A DNA stretch of 15,259 bases from Ginkgo biloba (taxonomy: Eukaryota > Plantae > Ginkgophyta), in assembly GCA_024626585.2 (NCBI GenBank), contig JANKJI020000002.1, positions 179,608,958 to 179,624,216 on the forward strand, written 5' to 3'. A program made the translations under genes and the position numbers. The notes beneath the pieces were generated by a model. The model had not been told where the DNA came from. It was given only the letters and a program-made list of their open reading frames with translations, and ran no database searches. How positions within the stretch are numbered: position 1 is the first letter of the stretch; the number at the start of each line of letters is the position of its first letter. Shown here in pieces: positions 1 to 9,898 of this stretch.

Positions 1-48
1 CTCGGGAGCTGTCAAAACCCTCGTATTATTAACTGGATATCTTGAGTG

Positions 49-64
49 CACACACACACACACA
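49..64. repeat. (CA)8 microsatellite
   Basis: Eight perfect CA units read directly. Confidence 0.95.
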
Positions 65-413
65 GAGGAGCAGGGAACTCAAGCATGTGTACCCTAACCG
101 GGAAATTGGAAGTGCAAATTAAGCTCAAGAACACTGCATAGTACACGAGGAAAAATGGCTAGATACTGATAGAAATTTACTCTGGGAGTCTAGGTTGTGA
201 AACAACTCGAGTGAGAGTTGTAGTACTACCATGTTCTAATGGCAGATTGGAAAGAAGGTAACTGATTATAAAAAAATACCAGCTTCAATATTGAACGCTA
301 TAGATTCTAGAACAATTTAATGTGCACCTGTTATCTTGTATATTATAGTCATGAAACTGTTATGCCAGCTTGGCTTACAAAAAACAAGTTCACATCCTCA
401 ACCTATCCCTCAC

Positions 414-461
414 CTGATACCACTCATCTTCAATGATATGATGTGATAGTACATCAAGATT
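414..461 (-). other. Candidate 48-nt internal exon (phase 0: NLDVLSHHIIEDEWYQ), gene unknown
   Basis: Minus strand TCTCTTTGCAG|AAT...TATCAG|GTGAGG: good acceptor and donor, length divisible by 3, two frames open. No homology recognised. Confidence 0.4.
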
Positions 462-1400
462 CTGCAAAGAGATGCAAAACACTAGACTACTTACATCAAG
501 TACTTAGTGAATATTTTTCCCCAAATGAAGAATCAAACGGCTCAACTTAATTTCATCAACACAATTGAAAATATTGCAAAGCAACAAATTTGATATCTAA
601 AACTACCCCACCTTAGCCCACATCTACTCAAGCAGCTGACATTCCAAATACGTGACAATGAACGAACATGCAGTCAAAGAAGATACTTTGATGTGATATC
701 CAAAAGCTCATGGTGGCTGCAAGAGATATCAAAACAAGTGAATTACAGAGATAGGTTACTGCAGTCCATTAATTTTATTGCATAAAACACTGGGAAGAAC
801 ACAATAATTCCACTACATTGAGACGCGAGGATAATCTCCTAAAACTGGATTATGGGATAGACAAAGTAGTTTGGTACAAATTTTACTGCATTAAACTCTG
901 GAAATTTTACAATTTAGACATAAGTATCATCTCAGAAAAATTACCAAACACGGACCTTCAATCTCATAACTAGGAATTAGGTTACCTGATAAATCATCTG
1001 CCAGNNNNNNNNNNNNNNNAAAACCTAGTGACAACAATCGAGTCAAAACTTCAAAGCTTTGGATCAACAGTGAAAAAGAAAGTGATGTAGTTTCAAGATT
1101 TTCTATGCCACACAGCAAAAACACTCATAAGCTTGAAAATGATTAAATAAGTTGCAACTTATTCATCGCCTCAGGCAACATCAACTTTGCAACATTACTC
1201 AATATAAACTCCTAGAAATAAAAATATCACAAAACTCCTCAATATAAGCAGTTGATGACACTGCAAATGCAAATTGACTATTGCAGATTTCCAGCTGAAA
1301 ATTGTCCAATTATTGAGAGAATAAGGACGTGAAAAAATTAAAAATAGACAATTTGTTCTCCAACTCTTCATTATTCTAACACAGAAGTTGACCAAAAATT

Positions 1401-1460
1401 TTATGCAGTCTGGTTCTCCTCTGGTTTTGCAGTAAGTTTCTCCTTCAACCAGTCAAATGG
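1401..1460 (-). CDS. QCR10: Terminal coding exon of a probable mitochondrial cytochrome bc1 (complex III) subunit 10, plant UCRY / 6.7 kDa type; partial gene
   Basis: Minus strand shows a CTGAT branch-like site (1482-1486), a pyrimidine tract, then TCTTGCAG|CCA TTT GAC TGG TTG AAG GAG AAA CTT ACT GCA AAA CCA GAG GAG AAC CAG ACT GCA TAA = PFDWLKEKLTAKPEENQTA*. This matches the recalled plant QCR10 C-terminal pattern W-x-x-Q-P-F-D-W-[IL]-K...K-P-x-E, with a phase-0 intron after Q. Only 19 aa are available and exon 1 was not found. Confidence 0.75.
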   Translation of the reverse strand, partial: PFDWLKEKLTAKPEENQTA

Positions 1461-1631
1461 CTGCAAGATACAAGGAAGAAAATCAGGCACTCGGTCATCA
1501 ATCAAAAAGAACATGCATATAATCCAGTACAATTTGTTAGAAAAAAAAAGAAAATGAATTTTAGATGCATGAAATGTACAGCCAAACTACCCGTTAGAGC
1601 ATTGAGCATTGATATAACTCATTAGCTAGTC

Positions 1632-1731
1632 NNNNNNNNNNNNNNNNNNNNNNNNNNNNNNNNNNNNNNNNNNNNNNNNNNNNNNNNNNNNNNNNNNNNN
1701 NNNNNNNNNNNNNNNNNNNNNNNNNNNNNNN
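1632..1731. other. 100-N assembly gap (others of exactly 100 N at 4209-4308 and 5778-5877)
   Basis: Exactly 100 N is a common placeholder for a gap of unknown size. Nine further variable-length N-runs are present. Contiguity across the gaps is uncertain. Confidence 0.85.
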
Positions 1732-2625
1732 ATCTTAATTAAAATTTTTAAGCCTAAAAGTTGAAGAAAAAATTCCATTCCAAGATGTTTGGTGATAAAA
1801 TTAAAATTTTTGATAGCTAATAAAAAAGTTATGCACGTCACCATTCAACAGTCCAACCTGAATAAAAAAATTAGGGAAGTTTTAGTCATGATGCAAATAG
1901 TCAGTATTTTGACCATATTTTTGAGCCATAGTTCTATTTTTTGTGTCTCGGGCTCCTTTTGAAGCTAATAGAGAATGCTATATGTTTTTTCTCTTGGATC
2001 AACAGTTGAGATTGTACGGATTGTCTAATTTTGATCGAAAATTAAGTGTCTTAAAAATGACAATCTTGTGCTTATAAGCAGCTTACTAGAAGATGATACC
2101 TCATTGTATACCATGCTTACTACTGATGCATTGTAACACTGCATTATAATAAGGGTTATCTACTATAGGTACACTATGAGATTCCAGCACTTGTGTAAGA
2201 TTGCTCTAGGGACTAGCCTAAACAAATTCACGTCTTTGCAAACCAGAGCTACAGTGGTATGTCTTCAAGAAGATAATTCGATGTGGCACGTGACTGGCTT
2301 ATGGCTAAGGAGTAGATCAAGCTCATGGTGCATAAGGTTATCCTGTGCATTTATTCTCAGTAATAGATCTTAGAATGCACCAGTAAATTTCAGTATGTAA
2401 TTCTATCGTGTGTGTGCACTAGCACACACATAAGTCACGGGTCTACTATTAAGTCCCACTGAACACCCAATTTGAGACGGGCTCTTTCCAAACAAATTGC
2501 CCATGGCAAGGATATTGTAGCTTAATGAATACATTGTTTACTACAATAGGAGAGCTAGTCCGTGAATATGGAGGTATTAGAGTGGAGCTGCCATTATGAC
2601 CCTGTATTACTGAACAACAGAGATT

Positions 2626-2642
2626 GCAGGTTCAATTCCAGC
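2626..2642 (+). other. tRNA T-arm / Pol III B-box-like remnant (possible tRNA-derived SINE fragment)
   Basis: GCAGG-TTCAATT-CCAGC forms a 4/5-bp stem around a TTCAATT loop and contains GGTTCAATTCC. No complete cloverleaf or clear A-box. Confidence 0.35.
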
Positions 2643-3059
2643 TGGAGTATAACAACGTATTGAACTGCTGACAGCGGAGTTCTCATGTTCAAATCTAGCT
2701 AGGATTAATTGGAACACTGCTTCTAATTATCAAATGGACTATTTTGCAGCACTAGTAATGGGGATGCTTCATAAATTAAAGGGACTGATAACAATTAGTC
2801 TGTGGGTGTTATTTTCTAAGCAACAATAAAAATTAAGTTGGTTAGACAATTTTGTATTGTTTGACTAATAGATAGTGCTAAATATTCTGTTCATTGATCG
2901 AGTTTGTTAACTGCTTCTTATGAGAATCTGACTGACTCTTTTAAGGAAGAGGTGGAGTCGACACTTGCACAATCATTAAGTTTTCCAATTGACTTCTGTG
3001 GTACAAAGGGACAAGCTACAAAGACCTCATATAGATGGAACTAAGCCTTTTTTCTGAAA

Positions 3060-3400
3060 GCAATTCCTCCCAGATTTGTGATTCTCATTGCATGCAAAAA
3101 CTCTCTATTGGCCAGAAAAGTGACAAGGTCATCTTTAGAGAACTACACCCTCCTTACAGTAGCTATTTTGACTTGGTTTAATACTAGAAAGGTACAGAAG
3201 TACTCCTCGATGGAGTATGTAAGTTCTCTTGATGGATTGAATATAAGAAAGCTTAGCACATTCCAAGCTAGAGTTTTCCTCATATTGGAATTTATCTAGG
3301 GTAAACAAAGGAGTCTTTGTGTATTTTTATTTTTCATTTTAGTAGTTTTCTTGTGTCTTTCTATATTTATTTACTTCATGAATTAGAATACATTAAAACA
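3060..3400 (+). mobile_element. Possible decayed 3' end of an L1-type LINE
   Basis: With one frameshift, 3109-3142 reads W-P-E-x-D-K-V-I-F-R-E, resembling the plant L1 ORF2 C-terminal W-x-E-R-N-x-x-I-F motif. A T-rich tract follows, as in L1 3' UTRs. Weak match. Confidence 0.3.
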
Positions 3401-4488
3401 TAATAGACATAAACTTGACTAAAGATATGTGCGATGAATCATAAAAAGCATAGATTATAGAGATTATGAAGATTTTTAAAATCTAGATGAAACATGACTT
3501 ATGTACCTTATTGATCAAGTGTGTATTTCATCAAAGTTACATCAAGACTATGGAATGCCCACAAACATCTTTTATATGAACAAATTTGAAGCGGGGAGTG
3601 CATGACTTATATCATTCAACCCCTACCTTATGTAGTAGTTCCTCCACCTCTGTGAGATTTTTAAATTCCTTCTTAGGTATTTACCATGGTCCACTCTCCA
3701 TTAATCACAAGTTCAAGTTTAAGTAGCTTCCTTACATGTGCACTTACTCCTCATCTTTACATGTGTAGGAAATAATGGCGATGCATAGGTGATACTTGTG
3801 ACCGAGTAGCTTTCTTGACATGCTTTTGAAGATGATTGGCTTAAGTCATATGATTCTAAGGATTTGTGGTCGCCTAGAACTCACTTCAATCCCCTTCGGG
3901 GCAACATTAGTCATTTTAAGGTCCCTTAAACACTTCATTGTCCTTTGTGATTCCTAAGGCTTTTCCTTTGCCTCTTAACTCACTAGTAGAGCCCAACAAA
4001 GTTTCCAGTATCACTCTTTATGTACCAAATCTTCCTTATGACCCTTGGAGCTTGCTTTAAGATTTTCCTCTAATTTTTGTCCAAACTTTTGGCACATCTC
4101 CCTATTGTAATAAAAATAGGAAAAGACTACATATTGAATTAGGATTGCAATTATATATTGGTCGAGGATTAGAGGTTGCTCATCTGAACGGTAAGAAACC
4201 AGTGTCTCNNNNNNNNNNNNNNNNNNNNNNNNNNNNNNNNNNNNNNNNNNNNNNNNNNNNNNNNNNNNNNNNNNNNNNNNNNNNNNNNNNNNNNNNNNNN
4301 NNNNNNNNCCATCTGACAAGATTTTGGTGGCTTAATATTGCTGTTGCTCGAGGGGTGTTACAACTCTCTTTCAGAGCATAAGTTCACCTTTGTGGCATAA
4401 GCTGAAATGCACTCCTGAGCATTTGGCAGCAAAGACATGAAAGTCTGGTTAAATAGCTCAAACAACAAAAAATATATATATCTTGCAG

Positions 4489-4551
4489 ACTCCCGAGGTT
4501 GCAAGCTGAAATGAAAACTGAGACAGTACCTAGTGTTTTCTTGCTGAAAAG
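4489..4551 (+). other. Candidate 63-nt exon (open frame LPRLQAEMKTETVPSVFLLK), gene unknown
   Basis: TATCTTGCAG|ACTCCC...GAAAAG|GTACTA, length divisible by 3. An upstream donor-like site ACG|GTAAGA lies at 4190/4191. No homology recognised. Confidence 0.25.
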
Positions 4552-4616
4552 GTACTAGAAATTGGTAGATTNNNNNNNNNNNNNNNNNNNNNNNNNNNNN
4601 NNNNNNNNNNNNNNNN

Positions 4617-4998
4617 TTCGCAAAACACCAAAGTTTCGTGTTCTAAGATTTGTGCGAAACGCATTTAGGCCAACTTCAGAAACACGAAACAAAGTGTGAC
4701 TTCTATCCGTCCATGTTTTTTATACAGAAATTTCAATCGTAAGATTTAGCGCCGCAAAATATTGTAAACATTTAACACGGAAATTGATATGCCATATGTT
4801 AGGATGTCATCGATTCATAATTTCTANNNNNNNNNNNNNNNNNNNNNNNNNNNNNNNNNNNNNNTTTTAATCAATGTTAAGCAAAAATTTGAATGTAAGT
4901 TTCAAAGTGTTATAGGTAAAACATTTTGTTTTCAAAATTGGGCACGAAATGAGATTCACCAAAGAACGAAGGATGAAATGCATTTCGTGGTAACCATG
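4617..4998. mobile_element. Probable non-autonomous DNA transposon (hAT/MITE-like); left end inside the N gap 4572-4616
   Basis: CACGAAA/TTTCGTG/CGAAAC motifs cluster in both orientations near both ends (4634, 4654, 4683, 4943, 4983). The interior is AT-rich and the right end is ...GTGGTAACCATG (reverse complement CATGGTTACCAC, TIR-like). Left TIR and TSD cannot be checked. Confidence 0.45.
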
Positions 4999-5365
4999 TG
5001 TCCTTGGACCTGACTAACAATGATGAGGAAAAATTATTACAGAATAAGGAGAGATTGTTGATCACGTGAGCATGGAGGTAGACACCATAAGAGATCCATT
5101 TTTAAAGTCAACATGGAAATAAGGTATAGATGGAAAGGTCTATGAAAAGGTGGTAGAAGTAACAGCAAGGAAAGAATAGTGATATAGGAAAGTCGTCATA
5201 TTCAATTTTCCATGTTCTACAATCGGAACTTGCCCTTAATATCCATGATCTTCTGCAATCATTACCTGGTATAGCCTCTTCACTACTCATCACATCCTAA
5301 TTAACACCCCTCATGAAACCTTCCCTTGGCCAATACAGCAACTCTTTACCAGCAACAGCCCTCAT

Positions 5366-5575
5366 TTGCATATTGTGAACAAACTAGCAGGTCAGCCTAT
5401 CTCTGGTGGGATTGCAAGCAGTGGCACCCAAGACAGATCAGAAGTTTGTCTCAAAAATCTTCAACAAGGTACGCAAGTGATTCCCGATGTTGTTATTGAT
5501 TCTTCAGAGCTTGAAAATTGTGCAAATGGTGTCTACTTGCGTACTATTGTTGGTTATTTTGTCTACCACTTATGA
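5366..5575 (+). mobile_element. L1-type LINE ORF1 N-terminal (DUF4283-like) fragment, copy 1
   Basis: Translation ...PDVVIDSSELENCANGVYLRTIVGYF resembles the start of plant L1 ORF1 and aligns by eye with NVIIYLEHLNFVSYNL/SRTLIYYF at ~6190-6265. Confidence 0.5.
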
Positions 5576-6169
5576 GTAATGATTATGATCATATTCCCCT
5601 AGGTAGTATCATAAGAGAAAAAATAAAAGGGAAGAAGATCCTTCTCCACTATAATGGGGTAGTTCCCTTATTGAAATGAAATATAAACTTTATACTAAGT
5701 GGGGTGTTATTCATAATGAATACTTATAGAGTGTATAGAAGTTTAACATTTCTTTTAATTTTTCTTTATAGAATCGANNNNNNNNNNNNNNNNNNNNNNN
5801 NNNNNNNNNNNNNNNNNNNNNNNNNNNNNNNNNNNNNNNNNNNNNNNNNNNNNNNNNNNNNNNNNNNNNNNNNNNNNGAGGAAATGAGGTGGTAGCGGGT
5901 TAAGTGTGTCAATTCATTCGAATGAGCAAGCTTGTCCCAAGAGTTATTGTAGTGTCCTCCATAGCCTTTTCCAATAATTTTAAGAGTTTTGGCATTTACT
6001 TGGCCTTGATTGAGCCATTAAACCACCTCTTCTAGGCAGACATACCCAAAGATGGCTGCAAAGAGATCAACTTGAACTCTAATTTGAATGTTGCTTCTCT
6101 GTCTAAGTTTGAAACTAGGTCTATAAATAGTGGGGCATTGATGAATGGCACCCAAGAGAGCCAGGAAAT

Positions 6170-7331
6170 TCATCCTGAGGCTAAATATGTCAATGTTATC
6201 ATTTATCTAGAGCATTTGAATTTTGTGTCTTATAATCTCTAGAACTTTGATATATTATTTTCTGGACATACCTCCACCAAAGACTATGCTTAGAGCTTGG
6301 GTAAGGGGAACAATGGGAACAATGAGAGATACACAGGTGGAATATTTTGTCCATTACAAATCCAACCAAATAATTTTGTCCATTTTTGTTAGGGAATATG
6401 GAGCACATGAAGTGCTTCTCAGGAGTCCCCAGATGTGCAGGAAAAATAGTTGGCATTAGACTCAAGACTTCCCTCTGAATCATATTTGCATGGTTGTTAA
6501 CCTTCTCCTCTGCTTATCAAGAGGGTAAAGGAGGTGTGTTTATTTTGTTCTCCCATTTTCTTAAAAAGCAATGGTTTCTTGGGGCTCTAACCTAGCTCAT
6601 GGATTCGTTTGGGCCATTTTGAACATGCACAGTACCCTCTTGGGCATTGCTAATGTATATGCTCCAAACGTAGCGAATGCAGAGGCCCTTTTTTGAGCTC
6701 AATCACTTTAGACCTCTCCTATTTTCTAGGTGTTGTGTGAAGATTTTAATATGGTCCAGTCACTTGGGTAAGCTGGGAGAGTTTACCCATGAGGTGGCTT
6801 GGTGAGGAGAAAGAAACCTGGTACCACATAAAAGCCTTCTTTGGATTTTACAATTCCAATTACCACAGGAAAGAAGAATCTCAAGAGCTTATTGCCCTAG
6901 CCCTGTATGTATTAGCAGTCAATGCTTTGGAATATATCATTGGCCCTAAGGCAAGGCTTGGCTAGAATCAAAGAAACTTTGCTTCCTAGTGAAAATGCTC
7001 ATCAACTTGTTAATGGCCCATTTTCCTCAATATTTGTGAAGAAAAAGCTTGGTGAAGGAGGCCATGGGCTGTATTAGCACTTTCAACAAGGCTTCTAGCT
7101 CCAACATCCAATAGAGGAAAATTGGTTGTTCAATGCAAAGTATGAAACCTAGGAGCACTGCTAGATTCATCTGGTCGGAGTGGGACTAAAAGAGATTTTA
7201 CAATCTTGGGCATCCCATTTGGATTCATATGTGGAAGTATGTGACTGATAAGGTGGAAAGGAAGCTCAGTTATTGGTCCAATAAGCCTCTCGCCTTAACT
7301 GCATAGCTCCCATTTTGCACCAAAGTGTCGG
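6170..7331 (+). mobile_element. Degenerate, internally deleted L1-type non-LTR retrotransposon (ORF1, APE endonuclease and RT remnants)
   Basis: Motifs in canonical order, with many stops and frameshifts. ORF1-like RTLIYYFLDIPPPKTMLRAWVRG...EVLLRSP (6223-6459). Endonuclease EGKGGVFIL, FVWAIL...LGIANVYAPN (NVYAPN 6652-6669) and VLCEDFNMV (GDFN equivalent, 6739-6753). RT-like IALALYVLAVNALEY (~6890-6935), QLVNG, STFNKASS and LGIPFG (7206-7223). Thumb region MWKYVTDKVERKLSYWSNKPLAL (from 7229). Confidence 0.88.
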
Positions 7332-7682
7332 TGTCATTAAATTAATACACAATTAATATAAATTACACTGATAAATATTAAGTAATAAGGTCCTTAAAGA
7401 AAAGTCACCACCAATGGTTGTGACTCTATATAATTGTGCCTATTAAGTTGCTATAGATATGTTCCATGAACACTCTGTAAATCATTAATTGTACATACAG
7501 CATCTTGTCATTGGGAACNNNNNNNNNNGCTAAATCATGTCCTTTTTTATTTCCGTCTAGTATGCACTTTGATGTCTATCTATGCATGTATCTTGATGGC
7601 TATTGACCCCAATCAGTCCAATAATAATTATTTCAAACAATTAACAGTGTCCACACCATTGTGTTACAACTGTATCAGATCC
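7332..7682 (+). mobile_element. Probable 5' LTR (7332-7668) plus degenerate tRNA-iMet primer-binding site (~7670-7682) of a separate LTR retrotransposon
   Basis: Starts TGTCA where L1 homology stops and ends GTGTTACA (TG...CA termini). A CTCTATATAA TATA-like box lies at ~7424-7433. TGTATCAGATCC follows 2 nt after the end, against the canonical PBS TGGTATCAGAGCC. No second LTR found. Confidence 0.5.
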
Positions 7683-9830
7683 GTAAGGTTCCAAGACCTT
7701 CCCTTCAAAGATTATCGTTAGATTCACACCTATCAACGTGATTAAGGGAATCCAATCCCACTCTTACTGCCAACNNNNNNNNNNNNNNNNNNNNNNNNNN
7801 NNNNNTGAAAAAAAAAAATAGAATAAGAAACCCTTAAAACTAGACTTTATACACCCTTATCGCCCTGCCTTGCACCAATCCACCACCCCTCATACCATAC
7901 TATATTATCACTTTCAAGTCCCCATTATCCCTCGAGACCCAACCATTTACATCCCTCTCAACTCAGATGCCTGCTCCACTAGGCCTGAACTAGTTAAGTA
8001 TTAGTATACACAACCGTTTAGAAATGTCTCAGAAAAAAGACGCAGAACAAAGAGACATAGCCTCACCCAACTAGTGAGTGAACAGTGAAACATTTGCATC
8101 ATATGATAGGAAGAATCAACAACTGCCTTCAATATGATGCACNNNNNNNNNNNNNNNNNNNNNNNNNNNNNNNNNNNNNNNNNNNNNNNNNNNNNNNNNN
8201 NNNNNNNNNNNNNNNNNNNNNNNNNNNNNNNNNNNNNNNNNNNNNNNNNNNNNNNNNNNNNNNNNNNNNNNNNNNNNNNNNNNNNNNNNNNNNNNNNNNN
8301 NNNNNNNNNNNNNNNNNNNNNNNNNNNNNNNNNNNNNNNNNNNNNNNNNNNNNNNNNNTAATTATAAGATCTGTAACGAATGCCAAACCCATAATTCCTT
8401 GAAAACAAAGCAAATTTGGAGTTGAGGAAGACATAAACAGAATGGTTAAATCATTATCTTCCCCATAAACCATACTATCTTGTGCGCCTCTCATTAGAGT
8501 CACACCCATTTGTAGTTGTTGCCGCGAATCCAGTCAATATTCACACCATTTCAACACCAAAAAAAATTAAAACTTCTTTAGCACACCATTCAAACTGTAT
8601 CTCCCTTCCATCATGTTTGGAGTGAGATTTGAAAAAACCAAGTAGGAAAATCAAATCTAATAAAAAACTAAAATCGACAACAAAAGTGAAGAATCTGAAA
8701 GATTCAAATTTAATAATAGTAGATAACTATGAAGATATAACAATATTCAGACAAAGTGATGTGATCCAATTGATCACAACAGACATAATACTTTTCATGG
8801 GACCAAAACCTTGTCCATCATCACTCTCCGGGGTTTTCACCAAGATTTACACAGTAGCAAGAAACGTGTAGCAGAATTGAACATTTATAGCACTTAACAA
8901 AGACGGACAAAAGATTGCCTCTTAACAGGAATATACCCTTCCACAGAAATGCCAAGTGCAAGATAAGACTCCAATAACCTTTTCTCAAGAACACCTTTGA
9001 CCTACATACATGACACGAAAAAGATAAAGATAGATCCTAAGATGAGTTCATCAAAAACGATAATCAGAGGGTAAAGCAGGACTTCAGATCAACTGAAGTA
9101 CAATGCAAAGATAAGATATCTAATATTTTCATAATCCATACACAGATTGCAAAAAAGCATCTGCATTATCCTTCACATTTCTCCAACAAGCCTACAATCT
9201 GCACATAAAGACAGTTTTATCTTTCTGATTCTCATTCCTTGCAAGGGATGCATCACAATCCTAACTATCTGTGCATAAACAGTGCGCATAACCAAATACA
9301 CATGACTCTCTCTTTCACATTCATCAGTTAATCAGTGCACAAGCATACACCAGACAAAATACTATTGAGACAAGAAAATTCCGTTATGCTCATCAATATT
9401 GCATGCAAGAACTTAGATTACCTTTCACAAAACCTAAATTCTGGATCGTCTCTCACACAACTGCAAATGAAAGACAAGGCACTTATACATCCTAAAGGTA
9501 GTCAACAATTAGGGACACATCATCTACTGTCAACTAACCTTCTAATTATCATTGGCTTATAACACTGATTAACAACCAACAGTGAGATGTGTTATCACTA
9601 ATACAAATATAGGAAAGGATAATACCAAGATATACAATGTCCTAATAGCCTGCAAGCATTATCCTCCCATTATTCTTCTGAGCATCCCGCTCAAGAGTGT
9701 GGAATAGTGCCGACTTAGCAGCCTCAAAATGTAATTAGACATGGCCTACAATATATACAATCCAACAAAGCCAATTTATGATCCCATTCAATATACACTG
9801 CATTCCCTACAAAGTCACTGTACAGAACAG

Positions 9831-9898
9831 ATTGTGATCCTGACAAAAAAAAATCAATTGTGATCCAACAAAATTAGCTGTGACCCATTGTCAAAATT
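9831..9898 (+). repeat. Three short degenerate direct repeats (TGTGAYCC...CAAAA)
   Basis: ATTGTGATCCTGACAAAA, ATTGTGATCCAACAAAA and CTGTGACCCATTGTCAAAA in tandem. Confidence 0.55.

Noticed and set aside
3588-3600. GAAGCGGGGAGTG, copia-PPT-like
   Set aside because: No copia RNase H remnant upstream and no recognisable LTR downstream.
3640-4110. Purine-rich minus-strand stretch that looks like decayed coding or transposon sequence
   Set aside because: Multiple stops and no domain motif that I could identify; left unassigned.
7851-7871. AAGGCAGGGCGATAAGGG|TGT on the minus strand as PPT / 3' LTR start of the gypsy
   Set aside because: The tract is interrupted by pyrimidines, lies >3 kb from the integrase end across gaps, and has no second LTR to confirm it.
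8001-8509. Longest ORF-track entries (135, 126, 105 aa) and others spanning N-runs (1626-1844, 4011-4381, 5704-5895)
   Set aside because: They are open only because N codons cannot be stops, and the flanking residues show no recognisable protein.
8747-8824. Minus-strand GTGATGA...CTGA spaced like a C/D box snoRNA
   Set aside because: No terminal stem, and no rRNA/snRNA antisense element that I could recognise.
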